From Catajapyx aquilonaris (Eukaryota): a DNA stretch of 20,000 nt. A program made the translations under genes and the position numbers. The stretch covers positions 44,048-64,047 of the forward strand of contig KZ538529.1 of the NCBI GenBank assembly GCA_000934665.2, written 5' to 3'. Positions 1-11,201 of the stretch are shown here, piece by piece. Under the pieces are notes generated by a model. That model searched no databases. It was not told where the DNA came from and was given only the letters and a program-made list of their open reading frames with translations. The stretch's first letter is position 1. Each line of letters begins with the position of its first letter.

Positions 1-46
1 CTCATTATCTTGATTAAACCTTAGTTAAAACAGCATACACTATGTA

Positions 47-176
47 CAGTGCTACATTAAAAATCTGTGAATAGCTAATTTTTATGGTATCTATGACCAT
101 TTTCTGATTATCCGTGTTTTCTGATTATCCAGCGACACCTGTGCAGTCGTTATCCCAGATAATCGGGAGTACAGTG
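47..176. mobile_element. Degenerate pogo/Tigger-like MITE fragment
   Basis: Ends GATAATCGGGAGTACAGTG-TA, resembling Tigger-type TIRs; internal TTTTCTGATTATCC occurs twice; TA-CAGTG at the left. Confidence 0.4.
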
Positions 177-627
177 TACAATTGCAACAATTGCAGGGTC
201 GTCCTGAATAATGTAAGTGACATGGGTTACAATAATCACTTACAACATTATTCGGGGAGACCCTTCAATTACTTAATTGTTATTAAGCAACACTGAGAGA
301 TCGCTTTTATCTTTAAAGCTGCTGGGCATGGGAACATGGCATTTACCGTTACTCTGACACAAGAAGAACACATTCAGTATGATATGGCGACAAGATGCAT
401 TTGTGTTGGGCAGTTTATCAGATCTCTTGTTGGAAGCAACAAAAGACCTGGCCAAGCACAAGTAGTAAGACAAGCAGTGAAAAATTCCCCCATCCCCACT
501 CTACACTTTCAATGCACATAGTGGATATACTCTGGATAGAATTGCATTTTTTACAAGTTCTTTGATTTAAGTTATAGAAGTTACACTGCAGTAATACAAG
601 CGTTAATGGTTAATGAGCCAAACATAC

Positions 628-784
628 CCAAGTAGACACAGGATGAGTCCAGAGAGATATGCGATGAGACCTGGCTCAGTACGTGTGGATGTGTCAATCT
701 CCGCATGACAATGGGGACAGACCATGTGTGTGGGCTCCTTCCCTACGGGAACCACAGTCGTCACCACCATCGGCCCTGGATGCA
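628..784 (-). CDS. LITAF: LITAF/SIMPLE-family protein, internal coding exon (N-terminal half of the LITAF zinc-binding domain)
   Basis: Translates to HPGPMVVTTVVPVGKEPTHMVCPHCHAEIDTSTRTEPGLIAYLSGLILCLL(G): first CxxC knuckle followed by the hydrophobic segment typical of LITAF domains. Acceptor is a polypyrimidine tract plus CCCAG| (AG at 786-785); donor is GG|GTATGT (intron starts at 627). 157 nt, phase 1 in and phase 2 out, in frame with the upstream exons. The second CxxC exon is not in the window. Confidence 0.95.
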
Positions 785-1096
785 CTGGGTGGTGCCGTGA
801 GTGGAAGGCAAAGTGAAGGAGGAAAAGGAAGCAGTGCTCACACATCAGAGTGCATATAACATGTGACTAAGTGTGCTGCAGTGTTCAAGGTAAAAGACTG
901 ATTCATATAAAAATCATATCAAGAGTGCTAAATTGGAAATCCAAAAATCCACTTAACTCTCAGCTGTCAAAATACATTAATAATTGTCAGGGTGCATGTT
1001 ATCTTTAGTATTCATCTTGAAATAATTTGTCATGGACTTGGGACTAAATTTTAAACTCGTTCTCTACTCACAAGCAAAATTAGATCTAGTGGGCAC

Positions 1097-1180
1097 AATT
1101 GAAGGGTGCAGTGCAAGAGGGGCATGAGTCAGGTGTCTTTTTGTTTGACTCATGCCCCTCTTACACTGCACCCTTCAATT
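1097..1180. repeat. Inverted repeat hairpin, 35-bp arms with a 14-nt loop
   Basis: 1097-1131 is the reverse complement of 1146-1180 with one mismatch. Confidence 0.95.
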
Positions 1181-1513
1181 CATTTCATGTCTAGCACATT
1201 ACCTTGCCAGCAAGAAGAAATGGACTAATAATGACATCCAGTTTGTAAAACAGTAAAGTAAGGCAAGTCACAGTAAATTGTAATTATAATTAATAGTCAT
1301 GAATATGATAGTTGTGGTAACAAGTTTACTAGATATCTCACTATGACTATATAGGGAATTCAAGGGTCGACACGGCTAATAGGCCCTAGACCCCATCTCA
1401 CTATGACTGGAGAATGCCTATTAAACTGAAGTTAAACTGAAGTTACTCTATGTTATTTTTTGTAATGACCATTAATTATTATTATTGGACTTGAGTCAGC
1501 ACCCTCAACTATA

Positions 1514-1859
1514 CAGGGAGGTCAGAAATTCCATAATAATGTAAATAATGGGCAAGTATTAATTCCTTGGACAGATTAAATTCCAAAGTGCTCTACATAA
1601 TTTGTGCCTGGGAACGAGCATTATGGTGTTTCAAACTTTCCTGACATTCCCATGTTAATAATACGGAATACCATGTTGATTAGAGCATTCATCTGCATAA
1701 GTGGTTGACAGAAGGCATAACTGACACGATATTCCCTATAATTCAAGGCTGGATGCCACCAAATTGACACCTCCCAGCCTAGAAGTCGTGCATTTTTGTC
1801 TCAGGACAGAGAAGGAAGCACCATTCTTGCCCATTATGTAGGAGTTACTGATCACCCTG
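1514..1859. mobile_element. Degenerate Tc1/mariner-type MITE
   Basis: TA|CAGGGAGGTCAGAAATTCC...ATAATGGGCAAG at the left versus TA|CAGGGTGATCAGTAACTCC.ACATAATGGGCAAG (reverse complement of the right end); TA at both ends. Confidence 0.65.
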
Positions 1860-3229
1860 TATTACAAAATGCAATGAAGTATTATTTTTGAATTACTTCC
1901 TAACTACTAGCAACAGCTACACTTAAAATCTTCAATTCCATTCATGAAAAAATGATTATTGCAATCGTCAGATCTACATCAATGACAGAAGGTTAGACAG
2001 TATGTGCTCATAAACAATAATCAAATGTCAATCAAGTTCAAATGAGCCTATCAAAATATTTCAAAGCAAAATGGCTATACATGCTCCATGCTATTCACAA
2101 GCAACACTTTCTACACAAGAGGGGCACATCCAAATTGCTGATTAAGTTACATTCACATATTTGACCCCCCATGAAGAGACGATCAATCTTGATTAATCTT
2201 GGTGAATTTTAAATTATTATGGTTGCTCCTTCCATCCCCTACAAGTCTCATTCAGTATGCTACACAAACCATTTTGAACTAATTGAGGGGCAATTCCAAC
2301 ACAGATTACACCGGCAATGTCACGACATATTCCAATTTTTACGAAACCTGGCATACATGCTTAGATCATGCATAGTCACACAGACCCCAAACTCCCTTCA
2401 AAATGTATGTTACAGTGGTGTGGACCCCGACCTCCCCAACTTTATGTCTTTACGTTTGTATAAGCCCAGTCAAAATGGGGTGAATTAAGATGCAGGACAA
2501 TATCACATGACCCCATAATAGTGTAGATGCAGGAATATGAATAGTACGTAATTTTCTATGCAACATTCTGTGCTTTCTACTACATATCTTTTGAGACGTA
2601 GTAGGTATGTAGTAACATGAGCTGAATTTATTGTATTTATTTCCTTTGTCCTATTGACGTATGATGCTTGAAAATATTCCTACCAGCTGCAAGTGTTGGT
2701 TTAAGCATGTGCCAATTTTTGTAAAAATTTAAGACAACATTTGCAATTTTTGGGGGGGAAGTTCTGAAACCCCGAAGGTGGATTGTCATGATGGGAAGAA
2801 TGATTATGTATTCACAGATATATGAATATAACTTAATTGTTATTCACCTTCCATGTGGTTCATAACAAACTCCCCATTTCCAAGTGATCTGATACTATAG
2901 CTGATTAAACTCAATACATCACTGCAAGAAGTTAATTAACTAGAGCTGATATGTAGGAAATCAATGACCAAGCAGTGCATGCTTAATTATCCATGATAAG
3001 TTATTAAAATTTCGTTAGTAATGTGGGGAGATCAATGCAAACCACCTAGTAATGTGAATGCAATACAGTAGCCTACTTAACATACTAGCATTTCTTACTG
3101 ACCTCCTACATCATGCAACTGACAGTTAAAAGAGTGAGGTACAGTGAGAAAGGTGTTAAGCTATTGAAACGTTTACAGCCTTGAGAAATTGAAGAAGGTA
3201 GATTGAAAGAGACAAGATTCAAAACACAC

Positions 3230-3373
3230 CTGATACATAGCCCATGGAGTTATTTAAGTATGAAACATGTGGTGAGGATCCAGGAGGAACTTGTATTGGT
3301 GGTTGCACAGGGTAATGATGAGCCTGTTGGCTAGGGTATTGTTGTTGAGGCATGAAACCTATTTGGGGGGGAC
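3230..3373 (-). CDS. LITAF: LITAF probable cassette coding exon (Pro/Gln-rich)
   Basis: Open 144-nt phase1-phase1 exon: (C)PPQIGFMPQQQYPSQQAHHYPVQPPIQVPPGSSPHVSYLNNSMGYVS(V). Acceptor AACACAG| with a CTAAT branch-like site upstream; donor CAG|GTGTGT. A second in-frame acceptor AATAG| lies 15 nt downstream (exon start 3358). Confidence 0.75.
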
Positions 3374-4037
3374 CTGTGTTCCAACCACCTACTAATTAGT
3401 AAGTTACAGCAATAGGATTTGATTAGCATAAAATGTCATAAAGAGTGAGGAAAGGATTATAAGATGCAAAGTTGGGTTAAGTATAGGAAACAAAGTGTAT
3501 AAACAGATACAAGGTTCAGGTGTGATAACAAAAATTGAAGAATGTGGCAATATCAAAACATGTGACAAAAGCCACATATAGTGTAGAAATGTATGAAAAG
3601 GGTGAGTGAGTAATAGTGTTCAACATGCATATATAATTACAGATATAATTCAAGAATTGCATCAGGTATATTAATTGGTGACAGGAAAGTTCATTAAGTC
3701 AGGGATTAACATGGTTGTGCCAATTAATGTGTTAAGCATTAGCAAGAAAAATATTTTATCATACATGTTAGACCATTATTCAATATAACAATTTTTTGAA
3801 AATTGCATCCATTGTAAACAGGCAAATTAAAAATTATGCATCAACAAGGTATTGATGAAACCACATGTTAACAAGAGGATTAATATGACCAGTAGCACCA
3901 ACGCCGCCAATCCCACAAAGCAGCAATAAAGAGAGACAAACTTTGAGTTAATAACAGTAATAAGTTTCATTATATCTTTATAATGCTAAGAAGGTTTTTA
4001 TTATTCGCAATATTCCAGTGGAGTTATGAATACTCAC

Positions 4038-4152
4038 ATGGCTGCTGCGGGGTAAATGGACTTGAAGGAGGCACACCTCCCACTGCCTGCGAGTAACTTG
4101 GAGGAGCAGCGGGAGGCGGGCCATATGGAGGTGGTGCTGTTGTTTTGCTCAT
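4038..4152 (-). CDS. LITAF: LITAF first coding exon (exon spans 4038-4157 including 5 nt before the ATG)
   Basis: MSKTTAPPPYGPPPAAPPSYSQAVGGVPPSSPFTPQQP with PPPY and PPSY motifs as in LITAF N-termini. Acceptor CTTGTCTTTACAG|CCAGCATG; donor T|GTGAGT at 4037; phase 1 matches both downstream exons. Confidence 0.93.
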
Positions 4153-4572
4153 GCTGGCTGTAAAGACAAGTTCAAGTAAGTCACATGTTTCAATGAATCC
4201 GGGAATTCTGAATATCCTGCATTTCAAAATAAAATGTTCTCTTTTTCTGGCAGAGTCATGCAGTACTTATTTTTTTTTACTTTGTTACCCTTGAGGGCCT
4301 TTTACAGGTTAGGGAGGATAAGTAGTGGGGGAGGGAGGAGCTTTCTAAGTTGATTTACAACAGATTATAGAAATTGAACCTTCTTGCTACAGCACTCAAG
4401 AACTGAAGCTACATGCACCATGTGTATTAATAAACAATTTAAATTTTATTTTCCTGCAGTAGACACAATGTACCCACAGGTAGCGTGTAGCGTCATTAAT
4501 TAATTCACACAAGCATCACTGTAGAAGAACTACAATCGAGAAGATATTCTGGAACTCTGAAACATAGTTGTC

Positions 4573-4575
<3 letters not shown>

Positions 4576-4634
<59 letters not shown>

Positions 4635-4905
4635 ATACCCCGTTATCAGCCATCGGCTCTTTAGGGGGGAAGTTTGTTTTGCCTGGAACTCTTTGCTTTC
4701 ATTTTACTGTGCTCTTTGGGATAGGATAGGGACGGAAGGAAGCGGCTGTGGCCTATTAATTACGGAAGCAACTCCGGAATTTTCCTGGAAGGACCGTGGG
4801 AAACGACAGAAAATCACGGTCAGAGTTGCCGGCCCCGGGATTCGAACCCAGGACCTCCCGATTAGCAGTCGGACGCCTTATCCACTATGCCAACCTGCTT
4901 CGGTC
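4576..4905 (-). mobile_element. tRNA-derived SINE (family A)
   Basis: A box TGGCATAGTGG, B box GGTTCGAATCC, about 20 (TTA) tail units, 14-bp TSD ACATAGTTGTCAAT (4562-4575 and 4906-4919). Confidence 0.92.
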
Positions 4906-4997
4906 ACATAGTTGTCAATGTACACAGGAATCCATTTTATCATACTGTGCATTCCAAAAAATTTCTCAGATGTTTGCAAAATTTCCACAGGTATTCG

Positions 4998-5162
4998 CCT
5001 GGTCACGGTTGCCTTTCACCGCGTCTGTAGCGCTCTCCGGTGCCACAAAGGAGAAGGGTCATCTCGCAAGCTTTGAAGTCAAGTTCAAAGCATGCGAGAT
5101 GACCCTTCTCCTTCGCGGCACCAGAGAGAGCTGCAGACGTGGTGAAAGGCGACAGCGACCGG
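4998..5162. repeat. Long GC-rich foldback, probably a palindromic MITE
   Basis: 5001-5077 versus 5084-5160: 77-nt arms, about 10 mismatches, 6-nt loop. Confidence 0.85.
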
Positions 5163-5485
5163 ACAGCCGGGACCAGCAACTCGCGACCGGATGCAGGTGT
5201 TGTGGCTTCGGAATATCGCCTTTTGTCTGTATTTTACCCTGCTAACGTGGAAATTATCAGCAGAGGTGATGTTTTCTCAACACTATAGGCCAAGCAGAAT
5301 TAGAAAATCCAAAAATTTTCAAAATTCAGGAGGGTAAGAAGAGTTACTTTGGTTGTAAGATAGAATTAAAGATTCAGGTGCAAATCAAACAATTTAAAAC
5401 TCATCCACAAACTATCACGTCTTCCATTGGAGTCTGACAACAAGTCTTTGATCAAACACACTTCCTGCAGGAGTGTTAGCTAATA

Positions 5486-6262
5486 CAGGGTGTGGAAATT
5501 TAACGTACAATGGTACTGTCCCTTTGGGGGATGACAGAAGGGTTCTAGGTGATCATTTTAATTATACGTAATCATGGATATAAGAAGCATAGTTACCGAG
5601 ATAATGTGCTTCAAACGCAAGGTATAAAATATCCTGGCAGGTATGCATCCCTCAACGTGACCTTACCTTTTTCATTTAAATTTTAGGTGTTATCATGCAA
5701 TTTAAATTTAAGATACGATCCCATTAGGCATAGCAGGCAATGGCCTAGGAGATGGAAGTATCTGAAACATACACACTGGTATATATATATTTTTTTTAGT
5801 TTACCCCGTGATAGGCCAGTGGCCTCTTAGGGGGGAAGGGGGTGGTTCCCTAGGGAGGGCGCTGCAATTTTTGCGTCATTTCTGACTTCCGAAAAACACC
5901 AGGCCTTTTCTCCTGGCCCCGGGCAGATAGGGAGTGCAATTCTGCCCCGGCATGTCGGGTGAAAAGCGGAAAAAGACCCGGCCAAGCAGAGGTGACGGGG
6001 ACGGGATTTGAACCCCGGCCTCCCGCTTGGCTGGCCAACGGCGTAACCGTTAGACCACCATGCCGCCCCCACACTGGTATAATGCACTTTTTATTTACTG
6101 CTAATTTTCTTCGTAACTTGCTTCGGAGACCCACGATACCTACACTTAAAATGGTCACCTAGAACCCTTTAACCCCCCCAAGCATCCTGAATATCCTATC
6201 ATCATCCAAAAGTGAGTACCGTTATGGGTTAAGACCTGATTCCATAGGTTTTACATCCCATG
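5486..6262. mobile_element. Tc1/mariner-type non-autonomous element interrupted by a SINE
   Basis: TA|CAGGGTGT left end and degenerate ACATCCCATG|TA right end; the subterminal AAGGGTTCTAGGTGATCATTTTAA (about 5538-5561) is inverted at about 6146-6169. Confidence 0.7.
5784..6069 (-). mobile_element. tRNA-derived SINE (family B)
   Basis: A box TGGTCTAACGG, B box GGTTCAAATCC, A/AT-rich tail, 12-bp TSD CACACTGGTATA (5772-5783 and 6070-6081). Confidence 0.92.
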
Positions 6263-7188
6263 TACTTAATAAGAGCCACTCAGTTTCATCATCCTCAATT
6301 GTTCATTAAGTTGCATGAACCTGCACTATGTGACATCACACAAACAGATCTATTATTCTATTTACTGATGAACAAATGCTTGAATCAGATTTGACAACCC
6401 CTAAACATAGTATGAAACATGTTTACCAGCACAATATTCCTAAAAATATGCATTATCTTAGTGACGTCAAATTCCAGGAGTTTCTGAAGATTATTATCAC
6501 GACAGTCAACTAAATACATGAGAACTAATCAACCTGATATACTTATCACATTCTCTCCTCTAACTTGAGCCATGTGTTGGCAGAACACATGTTTGACCTT
6601 GTGTCATCCCACACGCACTAAAGCACTTCCTGTATCCCTTAAAGTAACATGCTGTGAAGCTACCCACATTAAACTTCCTCCACAAAAATGTGACTTTCTG
6701 ATACGATGAAGCCACTCATGTAATTCATCATGAAATATTATCAGAAAACCACAACTTCCTCTTGCATTACCCTCACTTCATCACTTTGCAGTACGGCAAG
6801 GATTAAAATATCCTGACTTTATCATTCAGTGCTTCAATAAATTTTACGATGAGAGATGTTACTTTATGCTCAACACACACATCACAATCTTAACGTGCAG
6901 AGATATGAATTGCCTATTTCTATATTTATTTCTTTTGCAAATTGTCATGTACAGTTTTAGATCACAAGGCTTGTGCAAGAATTCAGACAATACATCTAAC
7001 TGAAGTCTATTGGCTATGCATTCTGCAATGCCATGATGTTATCACTGATAAGTTAGTTGAATACACAAAGTGACTTTCACTTTTAGATAGACCTCCTAGT
7101 GTCTAAGGTGCCTAGATATGATCCTCTGTCCTTGTATATATCCATTGCAAGTGGTGCCTATTGATTGGACTCATCCAGGCCCATTGTA

Positions 7189-7350
7189 CAGTGTTGGACA
7201 TTAATCGCGTCGTACTGCTAGCGACATTTTCCGAAGTGGAAGAAGAATGAAATTTGCTTGCACGGCTTGCACTATCCATTGCTTTTATTCGTTCTTCTGC
7301 CGCTTCAGAAAATGTTCCTAGCAGAACGACACGATTAATGTCCAACACTG
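7189..7350. mobile_element. Palindromic Tc1/mariner-type MITE
   Basis: TIR CAGTGTTGGACATTAATCG... extends about 60 bp with mismatches; TA on both sides. Confidence 0.85.
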
Positions 7351-7611
7351 TACAGCAATCCAATGGGTTCCTGTAATGTGGGCATGTTAAAATAATTCTG
7401 CATTAAATGATACATGGGTAAAAATACCAACTGTAGGGTTGGTGACATGATTACTGGATGACCTGATCACTACATTAATCACTATCAATAACGCAGCTTA
7501 AGTTAATAGTCATATCCTTTCCACACAATATGTGCTGAAATATACACTGTCCCACTTTTTTGCTTTATTCCCTTGTTGGCCAATGAGAAGTCAAGCTATT
7601 TTTTGACTCAC

Positions 7612-7703
7612 CCACACAGCTAACGAATTTTTTTCTCTCTCTCACCCTCTCTTCCGATCCCAGCCAAAACCAACGATGTTATTTAACTTGAGACATTGAC
7701 TAA
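7612..7703 (-). promoter_or_regulatory. Candidate alternative non-coding first exon of LITAF
   Basis: Arthropod Inr-like TTAGTC at 7703-7698, 90 nt from a consensus donor TGG|GTGAGT (7611-7606); AP-1-like TGAGTCA nearby at 7846-7852. Confidence 0.35.
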
Positions 7704-8484
7704 TAGCTACTCATACACACCTTGCCCCATCCCATAGCAATTTCAACATTTCATGCATATTTATGTGCAATAATTTTTATATATCAAAATTAAATTCTCA
7801 TATGCATCAGAGATAATTTTTGAACAATAATGAGTTACATGACTGTGAGTCACTTCAAAATTACTTCAAGGCAAGCTCTTGACACCATAACCTAGGTGAA
7901 TATTTCCTAGAAATTCCCCATCTTCCATGTCATGGAAGCCTAATTGAGATTATAACTTTGTAATTGCTGAAAGTTCACTTCCAGTGGTTTTTATGGAAGT
8001 CTAAGTTACTATACAGTTACATGTGGGAGAGAAATCAGTTTGATAGTTCCATTACATTACCAGAAATAATACATCGGCCTCAGGTTACTAAAAATATTGA
8101 TCAGTACCATTATATTTGAAGTACACATTTAAAACTATTCTCAAGCTAGCCTACTAATTAGTGAACTCACTGGGTACCTCCTCAAATGAGGGAATTAAAC
8201 CATGTTATATCCAATTACATAGTGATCTGATATGCTGTGGGTCAATGGCTAGTGTCATACCACAGTATGAGAAGTGGGAGCAATGAAAATGACAAATGCC
8301 TTACATCTGGTTCATATCATAGGCTTCAAGCCTGCTACTCTCCTCATCTAGTATTGCACATCCGTGATACAGCCAACTACCAATTTAAATCATTACAATC
8401 CATGTAAGATCTAAGTCACATATTGGCAAAAATTGAAGGCATGAGGTAATATGCAGTAATGCAATGCAATAATCCTGATATTTT

Positions 8485-9535
8485 AAGTACTACTTTCACA
8501 ATGACATGTTATTCGGATGTACGCTACAAGTCACGCAAACCAACAAAAAAGTATCTCATGCCTTGCACAAGAATTTTTATGAAAATCAGCAGGAAGTTTT
8601 TCTAGAACCACCTAGTACACTGGTCGACACCAGAAGGGAGGGCATAAATGGGTCAATATTTACTAGTGTCTTTATTTCCTGCTGTCTGTGCCTAGGTGAC
8701 TTAATAGTTTTAATAGTTTTAATAGTTTCAAAATTTCATCATAAATTTTACCATATAATTTTTCGCTATCATTACCGGAATGACAATTAAATGATTGTTT
8801 GCATGTGAAACCTTTACTTATTAGATGTTACAAGGACACTTCCCACACTTTCACAATGTGGGAATAAAATTACCATCTTCATAATTTTGCACACAAATAT
8901 TAAATTCATTATGAATTTATGACTAAATTTATTTATTAAGTATCAAAATTTGGTCCAATTGCCATTCACAATATTTTCTAAATTATGGAAACAAAATGAT
9001 GTAACATCAGAAGTAGTTCCATATCTCATCAATTTAGTACTACTCATGTATAAATATAATAATCCTATTCAAATAAGTTTTTTGTCAATTTGTATACCTG
9101 TTATGACCGTCAAATATCGGTAATGGTATATTTGCTAAAATAATGACAATTCTAGTGGACAGTTTCCTTAAGACTTGCCAATGTGTCAGATTATGACATT
9201 GGAAATTTTATTCCCACATATTGTGAAGGTGTGGGAAGTACAATAAAAAAGTTAATGTTTGAAAACATGCTAAAAGATTTTAATTGGTTAAGCAAATGAC
9301 AGAAATTATCTTGGAAAGTTACTGGTGAAATATGATGCCATAACGCAGTATCAATGTCATCCCATACACTCACTGTCAGCGAATGCAGGTAATACACTAG
9401 TGTTGGAAAATAACAATCTTTCATTACCATAATCAATTTGACCCTTTAGCACATATTAACCCAAAAACAATTTATAAATGGATAACACTTATGTTTCTTT
9501 GACTCGTCTTATGACATGTTCACAACTGTAATACT
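8485..9535. mobile_element. Old long-TIR (foldback) DNA element, boundaries approximate
   Basis: ACTTCCCACACTTTCACAATGTGGGAATAAAATT (about 8838-8871) is inverted at about 9203-9239; weaker inverted similarity continues outward (TGGGTCAATAT at about 8649 versus ATATTAACCCA at about 9453). Confidence 0.5.
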
Positions 9536-10103
9536 ACACCTAAACCATAGTATAGGCCTGTACACCTATTTTACCATTTACTCCACCAGGACAACATATT
9601 GTATCTTGACCAAATATTGATCCAAATGCAGTGCACTACTAAAGCGTACAGCCACAGTACATTTCATCTATTTAAATAGATGTCATTATGCATTTTACTT
9701 ACATGATATCTGACAGTGACCATATTTCCCTCTTAAACCTTGCGTTTCCTCTTGTCTCATTAATTTTTAAAAATCTGTCCAGTATACCATAGTAGCTTGC
9801 ATTATCAATATTCACAGGCTACAACGCAAGCCTTCATTGCATGACTTCACCAATTGAGCATGTGACCACGACACAGATCCCCACTGCATTTAAAAAGCAG
9901 GAAAAAAAGTATCATCCATACCCCCCAAATACCCCAGTCGTCTTCCCATCCCACACCCTGATATGTCACGGGGTTACAGGACACACCTGCGAAGGAAACC
10001 CTCCGCAAAACATGACCCACTGCAAAATATTGCGTGGGCATGAACAGGACCTACAAACCCGCCTAATCCTCAAAAATGATATTTACATCCAAAAAATGCT
10101 TAC

Positions 10104-10330
10104 CGTAGGATATATCACGCGATGTCCGGCTGAGGCAGGTGACGAAGTTCTGTCGAAAAGCGGTGAAAGGTGTCGACTAGTTTTCAGACCAGCTCCCAAC
10201 AGGAAAATGTGCTATAGAGAGTCAGGACTTAGGAGGAGGAGAGTGACGTCACCGCACTACTTGTTTCGGGGATAGCCACCGGGGTTGCCACATTTACTTG
10301 CTCACACACACTTGGCAACCCTTACCGCGC
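10104..10330 (-). promoter_or_regulatory. Probable LITAF promoter and non-coding first exon
   Basis: Locally GC/CpG-rich segment with no obvious repeat hallmarks; strong donor ACG|GTAAGC (intron starts at 10103); perfect CRE/ATF palindrome GTGACGTCAC at 10243-10252; inverted GGGTTGCCA/TGGCAACCC pair at 10282-10321. The TSS cannot be fixed (about 10175-10215). Confidence 0.65.
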
Positions 10331-11201
10331 CAGGGACTGGGTGGAATGCTTTTTTCTTAATAACTTGGCCTGCGTTGCGTAATTTTGTAATTGCCGAAAG
10401 TTAAACACGTATTGAGACAATGTGTGATTGCATTAAACGTTTTGGAACTTTATAGCCTGCAGGGTGTTTCGTAATTAGGCTATTACCGTAAAAAGGCATT
10501 TGGGCAGCAGGGATGATATGTGCTTTATATGGAGTGTCATTTGGTCTTCGAAGACTCCGAAGACTGAATAATCAGTACATGGCCATAAATTAATATTTGA
10601 CAATGAAATTTTTTATTATCAATAATAGTTGCGACATTTTGATCGTTCAGAGGCAATAAATGGCAGCATACGGAAATGACATTCACTGATGCTGAACATT
10701 TAAGCTTATCTTATCTCAGTAATGACCCTATACTGAACATTTGTGGGCACATTTCAATTTGTGTTACTATATAGTAACACAAATGTTCAGTATATAGGGT
10801 CATTACTGCAGATAAGATAAGCTTTAACTGAAAAGGGAATATCACCCGAATATTACCATATATTTGTAGCTTTGCATTGAGACAGCTTAGTCTACACAGG
10901 CACACTACTGCATGTGATATCCCTTCAAAATTCAAATGAACTATTACAATGCAGGAATGCACAACAACAACTATCAATGATGCATACATATCAATTCAGT
11001 GGGTTAGAAATTTAGCAAGAAAATGTATTCTAGAAATTGGGGACCATCTGCATTTGAAATAAAAATTTTAATGCCATATTGAGGGTTCCCAGATTCCATG
11101 ACCATTTGAATCTTGAAAAAATAGTAAAGGCCTTGATATCACAACTCAAGTAACAAAAATAGGAAAAAGTGATTTGTGAATTTCACATTAATTTTTGTAG
11201 A

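Noticed and set aside
1..627. Search for the terminal LITAF exon (second CxxC)
   Set aside because: Not found; it must lie outside the window.
785..845. N-terminal part of ORF 603-845 (MCEHCFLFLLHF...)
   Set aside because: It is the intronic polypyrimidine tract; the real exon is 628-784.
1334..1445. Short direct repeats (ATCTCACTATGACT twice; TTAAACTGAAG twice)
   Set aside because: Small local duplications with only two units; not a CRISPR-like array.
4693..5245. ORFs of 72 and 149 aa
   Set aside because: They run through an antisense SINE and a palindrome; no recognisable protein.
5827..6162. Three overlapping ORFs and a tRNA-like sequence
   Set aside because: GC-rich SINE with TSD and tail; neither a gene nor a true tRNA.
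9841..10275. 144-aa plus-strand ORF
   Set aside because: Antisense to the probable LITAF first exon and promoter; no domain features.
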